Source: Polyangiaceae bacterium (GTDB taxonomy: Bacteria > Myxococcota_A > Polyangia > Polyangiales > Polyangiaceae). Taken from it: a stretch of DNA of 64,000 nt. The translations under genes were made by a program, and so were the position numbers. Every line of letters starts with the position of its first letter. The stretch's first letter is position 1. Shown in pieces: positions 1-11,271 of this stretch. Location: contig JBILLK010000028.1 of the NCBI GenBank assembly GCA_044376115.1, forward strand, positions 32,001 through 96,000. Direction: 5' to 3'. The notes under the pieces were generated by a model that did not search any database, was not told the origin of the DNA, and saw nothing but the letters and a program-made list of their open reading frames with translations.

Positions 1-1
1 A

Positions 2-1603
<1,602 letters not shown>

Positions 1604-1733
1604 AGAACTTGCACCAGTTCATCCGCCCACAGGAGTGGACTTCCAGGTAAGGTTTGCAAAGTTCGGTTCGCCGAGCGCGGCGCCACTGGCGACGTGACGC
1701 CGGTTCGGCTCTCTCACAGAAAGGTCGCATGCG

Positions 1734-2609
1734 ATGGATTTCGAAGAGTACCTAACGGTCACGTCAGACCCGGAGACGCGCGCCGCGAGGTACGAAGAGC
1801 TGATCAACGCCTACTACGATTGGTCGACCTCGGCGTTCCCAGAGATGTGGGGCAGCAGCCTTCACTTCGCGGTGTACGAGGGGACCGAGACCTTTCTGCA
1901 GGCCTGCGAGAATCAGGAGCGCTTCCTCCTGAAGGAGCTCGGACTCGACGCCACCATGAAGGTGCTCGATCTCGGCAGCGGCCTCGGCGGGCCAGCGTGC
2001 TTCATGGCGCGCGAGTCGGGGGCGTTCATACAAGGCATCGATCTGTCGACGCGGAGGGCCGGGCTCGCGACCGAGAAGGCGAAGACCGAGGGGCTCGCCG
2101 AGCGCACCAACTTCATGGTCGCGAGCGCCACGAAGCTGCCGTTTCCCGACGAGACCTTCGACGCTTCGTACTCCACCGAGGTCGCCGCGCATGTCCCGAA
2201 CAAGATGGAGTTTTTCAACTCGGCGTATCGGGTGTTGAAACCGGGCGGACATTTTGTCGGGTGGGACTGGGTGAAGAAGCACGTCCCGCAGTCGGCGGAC
2301 GAGCAAGAGCCGATCGACGCGCTCTGCAAGTTCCACGGCATCGCAGCGCTCCTCACGGCCGACGAGCTCAAGGCACACCTCGCGGAGGCCGGCTTCGAGA
2401 TCGTGGAGTTCCGCGACCTCGCCGAGAAGAGCGCCAAGCCGTGGTGGCACGAGATCGGGCGGCGAAACGCGATCGCGCGCATGCTCTCGAAAGAAAAACG
2501 CACAGGGGAGGTGGAGATCCTCCTGAAGACCGCGGAAGCCCTCGTGCGCGGCGGTGAGCGCGGGATCCTCACGCCACTGCAATTCTGGAAGGTGAAGAAG
2601 CCAGGCTGA
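1734..2609 (+). CDS. SAM-dependent methyltransferase, sterol C-24 methyltransferase (SMT/Erg6)-like
   Basis: VLDLGSGLGGP SAM motif, RVLKPGG, N-terminal YYD..WGSSLHFA, C-terminal AEALVRGG..GILTP..KKP resembling the SMT C-terminus. Confidence 0.8.
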   Translation: MDFEEYLTVTSDPETRAARYEELINAYYDWSTSAFPEMWGSSLHFAVYEGTETFLQACENQERFLLKELGLDATMKVLDLGSGLGGPACFMARESGAFIQGIDLSTRRAGLATEKAKTEGLAERTNFMVASATKLPFPDETFDASYSTEVAAHVPNKMEFFNSAYRVLKPGGHFVGWDWVKKHVPQSADEQEPIDALCKFHGIAALLTADELKAHLAEAGFEIVEFRDLAEKSAKPWWHEIGRRNAIARMLSKEKRTGEVEILLKTAEALVRGGERGILTPLQFWKVKKPG

Positions 2610-2744
2610 GGCGGAGCGCATCCTCGCGCGGTGCCTCCGGGCCCTCGCGTAAGAGCGGCTGCTCGAAGCTCCCGCGCACGGGCGGTGCTCGGGGTAAGCT
2701 CCGGCTCTTCGTTGAGGGCGCACGATTTCGAGAGGACGAGGAAC

Positions 2745-4283
2745 GTGAGGGCAGTGACAAGGACGGTGGCGCTCGTGCGGCGCCAGGATCGGCTGCTCGC
2801 GAGTTTGCGGCTGGGGCTCGTGCTGCTCGCTGGATGCGCTGTCGCGGAGGCTCCGCGTTGTCCCAGCGTCTACTCGCCTCCATGCACTGCCGCTGCGCCG
2901 AGCAGCAGCGCGGGCGCAGAGCCACCGCCCGCTGCAGCGCCGCCCGGGCCGCTGGCCAGCGCCTTCGCGGAGACGGCCGGCAAGATCCAAGCGCAGTCGC
3001 TCGCGAGCCACGCAGCCTTCGAGCGACTGCGCGTACTCACCGACACCATCGGGCATCGGCTCTCCGGCACGCCGCAACTGGACCGCGCGATCGAGTGGGC
3101 CAAGCGTGAGTTCGAGAAAGACGCTCAGGAGAACGTCCACACCGAGAAGGTGATGGTGCCGCATTGGAAACGCGGTGTGGAGCGCGGCTATCTGTTTGCG
3201 ACAGCCTCGCAAGAGGTGAAGGTGTTGGGCCTCGGCGGCACAGTGCCCACGCCGAAGGGGGGCATCACGGCGAAGGTGATCGTGATCGCTTCGTTCGAGG
3301 AGCTGGAGCAGCGCGCGAGCGAAGTGAAGGGCGCCATCGTGCTCTACAACGTGCCGATGCCGGCCTTCGATGAGGAGAAGGGCTCTGGCTACGGCGGGGT
3401 TGCCAAATACCGCTCCGAAGGTCCTTCGCGTGCGGCCAAGCTCGGCGCCAAGGCGGTGCTGATGCGCTCGGTGACCGCGCACAGTTTGAGCACGCTGCAC
3501 ACCGGCGCCCTGCGCTACGCCAAGGACGTCGAGAAGATCCCCGCCGCTGCGATCACCACCGAGTCGGCCGATCTCCTGGCCCGCCTCGTTGCGCACGGCG
3601 AACAGGTTCGCTTCAAGCTCGAGCTCGACAGCCAGACCCTGACCGACGCTCCCAGCGCCAACGTGATCGCCGAGATCGTCGGGCGCGAGAAGCCGGACGA
3701 GATGGTGCTGATCGGCGCGCACCTCGACTCGTGGGATCTCGGGCAAGGCGCGCATGACGACGGCGCAGGCTGCGTGATGCTGATGCAGGCCCTCGCCGAT
3801 TTGCGCAAGCTCGGCCTGCGCCCGCGCAGAACCATTCGTGCGGTGCTCTTCACCAACGAGGAGAACGGGCTCAAAGGCGCTTTGGCCTACGGAGAAGCGC
3901 ACAAGGCCGAGCTGCCAAAGATCGTCGCCGCGTTCGAAGCCGATATCGGCGGCTTTGCGCCGCGCGGGCTCACCGTGGAGACGGCCAAGGAGAAGCAGCC
4001 GGTGATCCTCCCGCGCGTGCAAGACCTGATGCAGCTGATGGCGCCGCTCGGCGCTTCGCGCGTGATCCCCGAGTTCTCCGGCGCCGATCTGATCCCGCTC
4101 ACCAAAGGCGGCGTGCTCGGCCTGGGCCTGCTCACGGACCACCGCCGCTACTTCGACATTCACCACACCGAGGCCGATACCCTCGACAAAGTCGACCCCG
4201 ACGACCTCGCCAAGAACACAGCCTTCGTCGCAACGTTGGCCTACGTGATCGCCGACGCTGAAGAGCGGCTCGACCGACCGTAG
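2745..4283 (+). CDS. M28 family metallopeptidase (carboxypeptidase Q-like) with PA domain, probable lipoprotein; start approximate
   Basis: GAHLDSWDLGQGAHDDGAG, FTNEENGL, YFDIHHTEADTLDK motifs; LLAGC lipobox; GAGG before GTG 2745. Confidence 0.9.
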   Translation: MRAVTRTVALVRRQDRLLASLRLGLVLLAGCAVAEAPRCPSVYSPPCTAAAPSSSAGAEPPPAAAPPGPLASAFAETAGKIQAQSLASHAAFERLRVLTDTIGHRLSGTPQLDRAIEWAKREFEKDAQENVHTEKVMVPHWKRGVERGYLFATASQEVKVLGLGGTVPTPKGGITAKVIVIASFEELEQRASEVKGAIVLYNVPMPAFDEEKGSGYGGVAKYRSEGPSRAAKLGAKAVLMRSVTAHSLSTLHTGALRYAKDVEKIPAAAITTESADLLARLVAHGEQVRFKLELDSQTLTDAPSANVIAEIVGREKPDEMVLIGAHLDSWDLGQGAHDDGAGCVMLMQALADLRKLGLRPRRTIRAVLFTNEENGLKGALAYGEAHKAELPKIVAAFEADIGGFAPRGLTVETAKEKQPVILPRVQDLMQLMAPLGASRVIPEFSGADLIPLTKGGVLGLGLLTDHRRYFDIHHTEADTLDKVDPDDLAKNTAFVATLAYVIADAEERLDRP

Positions 4284-4287
4284 CGGC

Positions 4288-4791
4288 CTACTTCATCGGA
4301 AAGCCGGCGGAGAAGCGGCTGAGCGCTGCTTCGTATTCGCTGCGCGAGAAGTAGAAGTCGCGCAGGTCGGGGAAGTCGCTGGTGGGCTCGGGAGGAGGGC
4401 CAGGCTTGGGCTTGAAGGCGTTGCCTTCGGACCCGATGTTCGACCAAACGACGCACTCCTCCAAGGTGCTCACCAAGACGGCGATCGCGCCGCAACCGAG
4501 GTCGCCACATTCGCCGCAGACGTAAAGCGGTACGCGGCCCGACGGTAAGCTCGAGCGTTCGCGCAGCCACAACTGGTGCGCGTACTTGCGCTCCACCCGC
4601 GCAGTCTGCCAGCCGAACACCGAAGGAGGCTGATAGCCCTCATTGCCAACCATCGCGGAAAGCGAGCGGCGATTGACGGTGAAGTCGAAGAAGCGCTGCT
4701 CGCGGCCCGGCGAGACCGCCTCTACGAAGTCGAGCTTGTCGTAGTCCGCCTTGGGCTTCATTGCCCGGTCAATGCTTTCACGGACTTGCAT
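4288..4791 (-). CDS. Hypothetical protein with CxxCGDxGCG motif
   Basis: Fills the gap between the peptidase and DUF2169 genes; YVCGECGDLGCGA motif; alternative ATG at 4761. Confidence 0.7.
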   Translation of the reverse strand: MQVRESIDRAMKPKADYDKLDFVEAVSPGREQRFFDFTVNRRSLSAMVGNEGYQPPSVFGWQTARVERKYAHQLWLRERSSLPSGRVPLYVCGECGDLGCGAIAVLVSTLEECVVWSNIGSEGNAFKPKPGPPPEPTSDFPDLRDFYFSRSEYEAALSRFSAGFPMK

Positions 4792-4820
4792 CCGACTCTA
4801 GCGCAGGGCTAACAAGTCTT

Positions 4821-7040
4821 ATGGACCTCGTCTCCCTTTGCCCGCTACGGGTTGCGAGCACCGTCTGGCAGAGAAAGGGCCAGCGCGCGCTCACCGTCGT
4901 GTGCAAAGGCACGTTCAAGCTGACGCCGGGCGAGCTGACACTGGCGGATGAACAAGAGCCGATCCTCAAGCAGGACCTTCACCACGGTAACGAGCCCACG
5001 CGCAGTTTGCGTGTGGCGGGCGAGCTCGCACCGATCAAGCAACGCTTCGACGTGGTGCTGATCGGCAGCGCCTTCGCTCCCAACGCTGAGCTCGTGCGCT
5101 CGCTCGTGGTGCGCCTTTCACTCGCTGGGCTGCGCAAATCCTTCGAGGTCTACGGAGACCGCTTCGTCGATGCGCAGGGTGTGCTCAGCCCGGCCGAGGC
5201 CTTCGCGAGCTTGCCGCTCGTGTATGAACGCGCGGCCGGTGGGGAGGGCACGAGCAACCCGGTGGGGCTCTCGCCCGAGCAGCGGGATAGCTGGGGTCGC
5301 ACGCGGATCCCCAACCTGCTCGCGCTCGGTGCGCAGCTGGGCGGACCGCACGCGCGCCTCGAACCGGTGGGCTTCGGTCCAATTGCGGCCGCGTGGCCTG
5401 GCCGCCGCGAAAAGCTGAGCGCGCGCACGGCTACGGCCGCCGGCGCGACCTTCGCGCTGGAGGACGATCTCGAGGCGGGCTTCTTCAACGTCGCGCCGCT
5501 CGATCAACAGCTCGACCACCTGCCGGAGGATGCGCAGCTCGAGCTCGAGAACCTCCACCCGGAGGTGCCTTTGCTCAAAGCGCGCATGCCGCGTTTGCAG
5601 CCGCAAGCTGTGTTCGAGGGTGGGTCGGGCTCGGAGCTGGTGCCGCTGCGTTGGGACACGCTGCTGATCGATACCGATCAACAGCTTTGCACTGTGCTGT
5701 GGCGAGGTCACGTGCGCGCGGAACGAGAAGGGGGTCGCATCGTTGTTTCGCTCGATGAACGTTTGACGACGCTGACCTTGTCGCTGCAAGCGATCGATGA
5801 AGCGACCTCGCTACCACCCGAGCGAACGCCGCAACCTTCGTTGCCTTTCCCAGCGCCGTCGCAGCCGCCACCCAAACCTTCGGCGCCAACGGTGCAACCG
5901 CCTGCCAGGCTGCCTGCCGTACCGCTTGCACCGCTGGCTATGCAACCTCCGCGGCAGCCGATGCAACCTCCGCTTGCGCCGCTGGCGCTCCAGCCTCCGC
6001 TGCCGCCTGCTCAGGCGCCGCTCGCACCGCCGGCTATGCCGTCGCAACCAGCGTTGCAGCCAACGGCGCTGCAACCTCCCGCGCGCTTTGGTGCGGTGTT
6101 GCAACCGGTTCCGGTCAGCCCACCTTCGCACGCGGGGAGCGCCGGTTCACAGGGGCTGCGCGCCGCCTCCGACGCAGCAGCCGATCCAGTAGGCCGGCCA
6201 GTGGCGCGCGTAGCCGAGCTTCCCGAGAGCACGCTGCAAGCCGATGAGGTGTTGCAACTGTTGTGGTTCGCCGAAGCGCAAATGCCGCGGCTGCGCCGCA
6301 AGCCTGCGTTCCGACCTTTGCTTGCTGCGCTCGACGAGCGCCCGCTGGACGCCGAGGTGGATGACCCCGCGCTCGCGGCCTCGCCCGCGTTGGTGGAAGA
6401 TCGCCGCGAGGTCTCCGAGCTGCTCTTGCGCGGCGCAGTGTGCAATGAGGAGCAACTCGAGCAGGCGCTGGGCCGCGGCGTGCGCGAGGGTCACAAATTC
6501 GCGGCATTGCTCGAGCTGTTCGAGGGCGAGTTGAGCTTTCCCTTCGATGATCTGGAGCGCCTCAAGCTGACCATGGCCACGGTGGCGCCGTTCGTTACGC
6601 CGGCGGATGAGGCGCTGCGCACCGCGCTGCAAACCAGCAAAGACTTCCTCGCGTTGACCGCCCCCAGCTCGACCAACCCGATGGCCGAGGGGCTCTCCAA
6701 GCGGCTGCGCGATACCTACCACGCGAGCCCGCGACCCACCGCCGCAGGCTACGTAGAGACGCAGGTCGAGCGCGCGCTGCTCGAGCAACGGCACTACCAA
6801 CGGCGGCTTTTGCACGGCGCCAAACAGCTGCGCGCGGTGCTCGGGCAAGGCGCGCATGCGGCGCCGGTCTACCTACCCGAAGAGCTGGCCTTCCAACTGC
6901 CGTTGCACCCTCGCTTCAAGGCCCGGCTGATCGCCGAGGTACATCCGCGGGTCGATCATCTCGAGTCCCACGCTGTCTCGCTCAAGGCCGTCGCGCTAGC
7001 TTGGATCTTCCGCACGCCGAGCAGCAAAGCCCGGCGCTGA
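4821..7040 (+). CDS. DUF2169-family T6SS accessory protein with Pro-rich linker and C-terminal extension
   Basis: TVVCKGTF, K.RFDVVLIGSAFAP, PLVYERAAGG, NPVG, GFGPIAAAWPGR, FFNVAPLDQQL, LENLHP, DTLLIDTD motifs. Confidence 0.88.
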   Translation: MDLVSLCPLRVASTVWQRKGQRALTVVCKGTFKLTPGELTLADEQEPILKQDLHHGNEPTRSLRVAGELAPIKQRFDVVLIGSAFAPNAELVRSLVVRLSLAGLRKSFEVYGDRFVDAQGVLSPAEAFASLPLVYERAAGGEGTSNPVGLSPEQRDSWGRTRIPNLLALGAQLGGPHARLEPVGFGPIAAAWPGRREKLSARTATAAGATFALEDDLEAGFFNVAPLDQQLDHLPEDAQLELENLHPEVPLLKARMPRLQPQAVFEGGSGSELVPLRWDTLLIDTDQQLCTVLWRGHVRAEREGGRIVVSLDERLTTLTLSLQAIDEATSLPPERTPQPSLPFPAPSQPPPKPSAPTVQPPARLPAVPLAPLAMQPPRQPMQPPLAPLALQPPLPPAQAPLAPPAMPSQPALQPTALQPPARFGAVLQPVPVSPPSHAGSAGSQGLRAASDAAADPVGRPVARVAELPESTLQADEVLQLLWFAEAQMPRLRRKPAFRPLLAALDERPLDAEVDDPALAASPALVEDRREVSELLLRGAVCNEEQLEQALGRGVREGHKFAALLELFEGELSFPFDDLERLKLTMATVAPFVTPADEALRTALQTSKDFLALTAPSSTNPMAEGLSKRLRDTYHASPRPTAAGYVETQVERALLEQRHYQRRLLHGAKQLRAVLGQGAHAAPVYLPEELAFQLPLHPRFKARLIAEVHPRVDHLESHAVSLKAVALAWIFRTPSSKARR

Positions 7041-7058
7041 GCGTTCGCGCGGCCCGAG

Positions 7059-9215
7059 CTAGGGCTTCGGATCGCGCGGCATGGTTGGTTGTACCAACGG
7101 CGCTTCACGCGCCTCCTTCGGCGTCTTCGGTTTGGGCGCTTGGCCTTCACCGGGCTCGCCGTCCACGTTGATATGCACGGTGGTTCCGCGGATGGTCACG
7201 CCCGCACCGTCCACGCGAATAAAGCCGCCTGGCCCGACCAGCGTCACATCCTGCGCGCCGGCGGTGAACACGTCCCCCGCGCGAATCGAAAGGCTGGTGC
7301 CGGTGTGAACGGCGTAGCGGCCAACCTTCTCCTGTCGAGCCCCACCAATGATCAACGACGAGTTGCCACCAACGCGCGTCACTTGATCACTATCCACGGT
7401 GCTGCCGACGTCTCGCCTCACCAACGTCGTCGCGTCGCCGCCGACCTTATGGTCCTCGTCCTTGGCGACATAGCGTTGCGCGAGGTACTCGGTGCGGTGC
7501 GTTGCATTCGAGCGCACCAGCTGTAGCCGGTCATCATCGACGAAGGTCGTGCGCCGGCCGGAGATCAGCTCGTGCCGCGTCTGCCGAGTCACTTCGAAGC
7601 GGCGGCCCTCGGTGGTGTCGGTCTCGCGGCTGCCCACGTCCTTGCGACGATCGCGGAGCACGGTGATCGTCTCATCGTTTTTGACCAACTTGCGCAGGTT
7701 CTTTTCGGCTTGGACGTACACGAGCTCCTCGCCCTTGCGATCGTCGAAGCGCAGCTCATTGAAGCCGTTACCGCCGAGCGAGGCCTGGCTCTTCCAGCCG
7801 CTGACAACCGACTCCTCCGGCAAGCGATACGGCACCGGTTGCAAACCATCGAACACGCGACCCGCGACGATCGGCAAATCGGGATCGGCGTTCTCGAAGA
7901 TCACCAGCACCTCTTGGCCCATCCGCGGCAAGACGCTGAAGCCGTAGCCCGCGCCGCCCCCACCGTGACTGACGCGCATCCAACAGGAGCTCGTCTCATC
8001 GAAGCGCCCTTCGCGATCCCACGGAAACTGCAGGCGTACACGGCCGAATTCGTCGGTGTGGATCTCCTGGCCGGCGGGCCCCACCACCACCGCGACCTCC
8101 ACGCCGTGGGCCACCGGCTTGGGCGTACGCGGCAAAGGACGCACCGGACGATCGGCGTAGGCGGCCTCCACCCGGACGCTCCAACGCTCGCGCGGTCCGC
8201 CCTCGAGATGCGCCGCCGTTACGATCAACGGGCGCCCCTCGGCGAGCTCAGGGTGGGGATGACCGCTTAGTCGAAAGACGCTCGCCGGCAAAAGATCGAA
8301 AGCGTTCGAGTCGAAATGCACCGCGTGTTGCTCGCTGAGATGCGCGTCGCGCAACAGCTCGGCGCGCTGCTCGCCTGCCGTGAGCAAACGACGCGCGACA
8401 CCGCGGTCGTCAGCGGCAGGCGTTTGCTCAGCGGCGTTGCCTTCGACCAAGAAGGCGCCGGGCACGTAATGGTATTGCTCATAGCCGCCCGGAACGCTGG
8501 GCTCCGCCGTTGCAAACAAGCCGAAGCTGGGTGCTCGGTGATCGAAGTCGCGCAGGGTCACGAGCGAGGGCGTCACGCGCCGCTCGAGCCGTACTTCCCG
8601 GGCGAACTCGGCGTTGTTGACCATCGTCGCATCGGCCACCACCTCGAGCGGCTCGGCCCGCAACGGAGCGTGCTCCGGCGTGTCGTGGAGCACCAACAGC
8701 GAGCGACCTTCCGAGCCGTCGAAGGCATAACTGATGCCGGCCTCTTCGAGCAGCCGCGAGAGGAAGTGGAAGTCCGATTCACCGTATTGCACCTTGTATT
8801 CGAGCGGCCGGTGCTCGCGCTCGAGCACCCAACGATGTTCGATCTGCCACTCCTCGAGCAGCGTGCCCACGATCTCCGGGATGCTCTTGTGTTGGTGTAC
8901 GCGGTAGCCGCTGCGTTGCGTGGTCACCCACAGCCGCGGCACCAACACGAGCGCATACGTCGAGACGGCGGTTGGATCGGGGTGCAACTGTGAGGCCGCT
9001 GCGATCAGCCCGTCGAAGCTCCGCTCCGAGCGACCGACGTTCACCACCAGCTTGGCTGCCCGGCCCGTCCAATTCGAAAGCTCTACGCTGGGATCGGCGG
9101 AGTGCACCGTGACACGCGCCTCGAACAGGCCGCTCAAACGCGTAGCCAACTCGAAGCGTTGCACCGTGAGCGCCGCACCGTCTTCCAGCGTGAGTTGAAC
9201 CGTGGACTCGATCAT
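7059..9215 (-). CDS. vgrG: Type VI secretion spike protein VgrG (copy 2)
   Basis: VQYGESDFHFLSRLLEEAGI, EIHTDEFGRVRLQFPWDR, SSCWMRVS, PRMGQEVLV, FNELRFDD motifs. Confidence 0.96.
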   Translation of the reverse strand: MIESTVQLTLEDGAALTVQRFELATRLSGLFEARVTVHSADPSVELSNWTGRAAKLVVNVGRSERSFDGLIAAASQLHPDPTAVSTYALVLVPRLWVTTQRSGYRVHQHKSIPEIVGTLLEEWQIEHRWVLEREHRPLEYKVQYGESDFHFLSRLLEEAGISYAFDGSEGRSLLVLHDTPEHAPLRAEPLEVVADATMVNNAEFAREVRLERRVTPSLVTLRDFDHRAPSFGLFATAEPSVPGGYEQYHYVPGAFLVEGNAAEQTPAADDRGVARRLLTAGEQRAELLRDAHLSEQHAVHFDSNAFDLLPASVFRLSGHPHPELAEGRPLIVTAAHLEGGPRERWSVRVEAAYADRPVRPLPRTPKPVAHGVEVAVVVGPAGQEIHTDEFGRVRLQFPWDREGRFDETSSCWMRVSHGGGGAGYGFSVLPRMGQEVLVIFENADPDLPIVAGRVFDGLQPVPYRLPEESVVSGWKSQASLGGNGFNELRFDDRKGEELVYVQAEKNLRKLVKNDETITVLRDRRKDVGSRETDTTEGRRFEVTRQTRHELISGRRTTFVDDDRLQLVRSNATHRTEYLAQRYVAKDEDHKVGGDATTLVRRDVGSTVDSDQVTRVGGNSSLIIGGARQEKVGRYAVHTGTSLSIRAGDVFTAGAQDVTLVGPGGFIRVDGAGVTIRGTTVHINVDGEPGEGQAPKPKTPKEAREAPLVQPTMPRDPKP

Positions 9216-9661
9216 TGAGCCTCGAGCCGACGGCCTTGAATACGCGCCGCGGCCTTGGAGATTTGTTCACGCCACTGCTCGCCCACCAGCACCTTGGTGC
9301 GGACGCTGAACTCACAGATTACGTCGACGAGATCGGGACCGCTAAACTGCTCGAGCTCGAACGGCTCGATTGAACGATCGAAGCTCACCGAAGCTCCCGG
9401 CGCGAGCTTGACCAACGTCTCATCCTTCTCCTCCGGCGAAGCGCAACCGGGACAACGATTGGCGTACGCAAAGTTCGAAGGATCAGCGCCGTCTGCGAAC
9501 TTCACTGCTACGCCGTTGTGGCGCATTTTCACGAAGGGCAGCGCGATCTCGACCGGCAACGCATTGTCGATCGCCACGCGCAACAGCACCTCGGCACCGG
9601 TGTAGCTGAGGGTCGCGCCCGGCGCAGGCTCTACGCGGATTGAGAAGACGGGTTCATCCAT
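9212..9661 (-). CDS. Hypothetical protein, candidate immunity protein (alternative TTG start 9691)
   Basis: Small acidic ORF directly downstream of the HExxH protein; stop overlaps the vgrG start. Confidence 0.6.
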   Translation of the reverse strand: MDEPVFSIRVEPAPGATLSYTGAEVLLRVAIDNALPVEIALPFVKMRHNGVAVKFADGADPSNFAYANRCPGCASPEEKDETLVKLAPGASVSFDRSIEPFELEQFSGPDLVDVICEFSVRTKVLVGEQWREQISKAAARIQGRRLEAQ

Positions 9662-9691
9662 GGGGTGACTCCATTCACGAGGCAGAGACAA

Positions 9692-10507
9692 TCAAGTAGG
9701 CGGCCGAACGACTTTGCAGCGGATCCTGCGTCCGAGCCTGCGGGTGAGTAGCTGTTGCACCTCGATCGCGATGCAATAGCCATGACGCACGCGCCTTCGA
9801 TGTTGCGAGTGCGTCGACATGATGGTGACGTCGGGACCGCTGCCAGCAGTGCCCAACGCGTCGATGTCGATCGGCGGATCGCTGCCACCGTCCGGGCGGA
9901 TGTAGACAATCTGCTCGGCGGCCTCGTTCGAGTAGCCGTACTCGTCGGGCAGACCGAAGCAGTGCCCGTGCTCATGCGAGTAGGTCCAGTCGCGCGTTGC
10001 CCAGTCGACTCGCATCTTGAAGTCGCCGGTCACGTGCGGGCGCCCCGAGTCGAGCGAGCTTGGAACCGTCTGGAAGAGCTCCACCGTGTAATGCTGGCCT
10101 GAGCTGACGAGCGGCGCCTCGAACTCGACCGGTAGCTGCTGTTTGCCGCACTCCGGATCGTCGATCTCGATCGTGATCTTGCCGTTCCACGACTCGACGC
10201 CCTTCACGAGCTCACGTTCCGCGAGCTGGATATGCTCAGCGGCGGTGCTGCCGAAGCCGACGACTTTGTAGCGCATGACCACGCGAATGCGCCGCGACTT
10301 GAGCAACACCTGCAGCAGGTAGCGCCTTTGGCGACCACCGCCTTCGGCTTGGCCATCCACGATGCGCCGCGAGTAGCGGTTGCTCGCGTTGACGCTGATT
10401 TCACCTTGGTAGTCCTCGCACCAACAGCAAACACCGCTAGCCGTGGTGATCGGCCCGGAGGCGCTCGGCCCGCTGGAGGGGGAGTTCGGTGCCGGTTTGG
10501 CTCCCAT
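9692..10507 (-). CDS. Putative zinc metalloprotease T6SS effector
   Basis: HEHGHCFGLPDEY zincin motif followed by TIMS (Met-turn-like); ATG overlaps the upstream stop (TGATG). Confidence 0.7.
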   Translation of the reverse strand: MGAKPAPNSPSSGPSASGPITTASGVCCWCEDYQGEISVNASNRYSRRIVDGQAEGGGRQRRYLLQVLLKSRRIRVVMRYKVVGFGSTAAEHIQLAERELVKGVESWNGKITIEIDDPECGKQQLPVEFEAPLVSSGQHYTVELFQTVPSSLDSGRPHVTGDFKMRVDWATRDWTYSHEHGHCFGLPDEYGYSNEAAEQIVYIRPDGGSDPPIDIDALGTAGSGPDVTIMSTHSQHRRRVRHGYCIAIEVQQLLTRRLGRRIRCKVVRPPT

Positions 10508-11271
10508 CAGTCGGTCCTCTCGCTCGCCTTGAGCACAGCTTCGATCCAAATCATGGCGCGCCTCTCGAGCCGTTCAGCTACGCGGGCAGGTGCACGCTCG
10601 GCTTGGTTGGTTGGTTGCAATGTGCGCTGAATCCAGGGCAAAAACGGATCTCGCTCGAAGGCGTGGCCGAAGGCAAAGCCGAGCGCGACGACCACGAAGC
10701 CTGCCCGCGGCTGATCGAAACCGAGCGCCTGCGCTTTCTCGAGACCACCTGCAACGGCGCTCGAGAGCGCTACGTCGCCCAGCGCTTTGACCTTCTCGGG
10801 GTGCACCTCGCGCAGCAGCTGCTCGAGATCGTGCGCCAGCGACGCGCGTTCGAATTGCCGCGGCCCACTGGCAACCGCGTGCAGCCGCTCCAGCGCAGCG
10901 CGCGCGCTTGGTTGGACGCGCTCGACGTAGCTGGCCACGCGCGAATGCAGCGCGTCCGCTTTGTCCATCGGGCTCCAGAACTGCTCCGAGCCCAGCGTCT
11001 CGGCCGCCCACGGGTACTGCGGGTCCGAGTCGAACTCGGCGCCGAGCGCGATCGACGTCTCGAGAAAAAAGCGCACAGCGCCGCGTTGAACGAAGCCATG
11101 AGTGGCCGCTCGCTCGATGGTTTGGCGCACCGCGCGCTCGAGCTCTTCGTCGCTCAGCGTCTTGCACAAACGCGGCGAATAGCTCCACGCTCGCTCGACC
11201 AGCTCGTCGACGAATTGATCGAAGGCACGCCGCTCGAAGGCCTGGACGAGTTCGTTGCGCACCGTCAGCAT
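10507..11271 (-). CDS. Hypothetical T6SS-associated protein with internal two-fold repeat
   Basis: Translationally coupled within the vgrG operon; two copies of A..xGF....G..F..DP..PW. Confidence 0.75.
   Translation of the reverse strand: MLTVRNELVQAFERRAFDQFVDELVERAWSYSPRLCKTLSDEELERAVRQTIERAATHGFVQRGAVRFFLETSIALGAEFDSDPQYPWAAETLGSEQFWSPMDKADALHSRVASYVERVQPSARAALERLHAVASGPRQFERASLAHDLEQLLREVHPEKVKALGDVALSSAVAGGLEKAQALGFDQPRAGFVVVALGFAFGHAFERDPFLPWIQRTLQPTNQAERAPARVAERLERRAMIWIEAVLKASERTD

Noticed and set aside
1764..4166. Long antisense or alternative-frame ORFs (e.g. 1764-4166, 12338-14500, 35335-36891, 49776-50684)
   Set aside because: Shadow ORFs typical of high-GC DNA, lying over well-supported genes and lacking recognisable motifs
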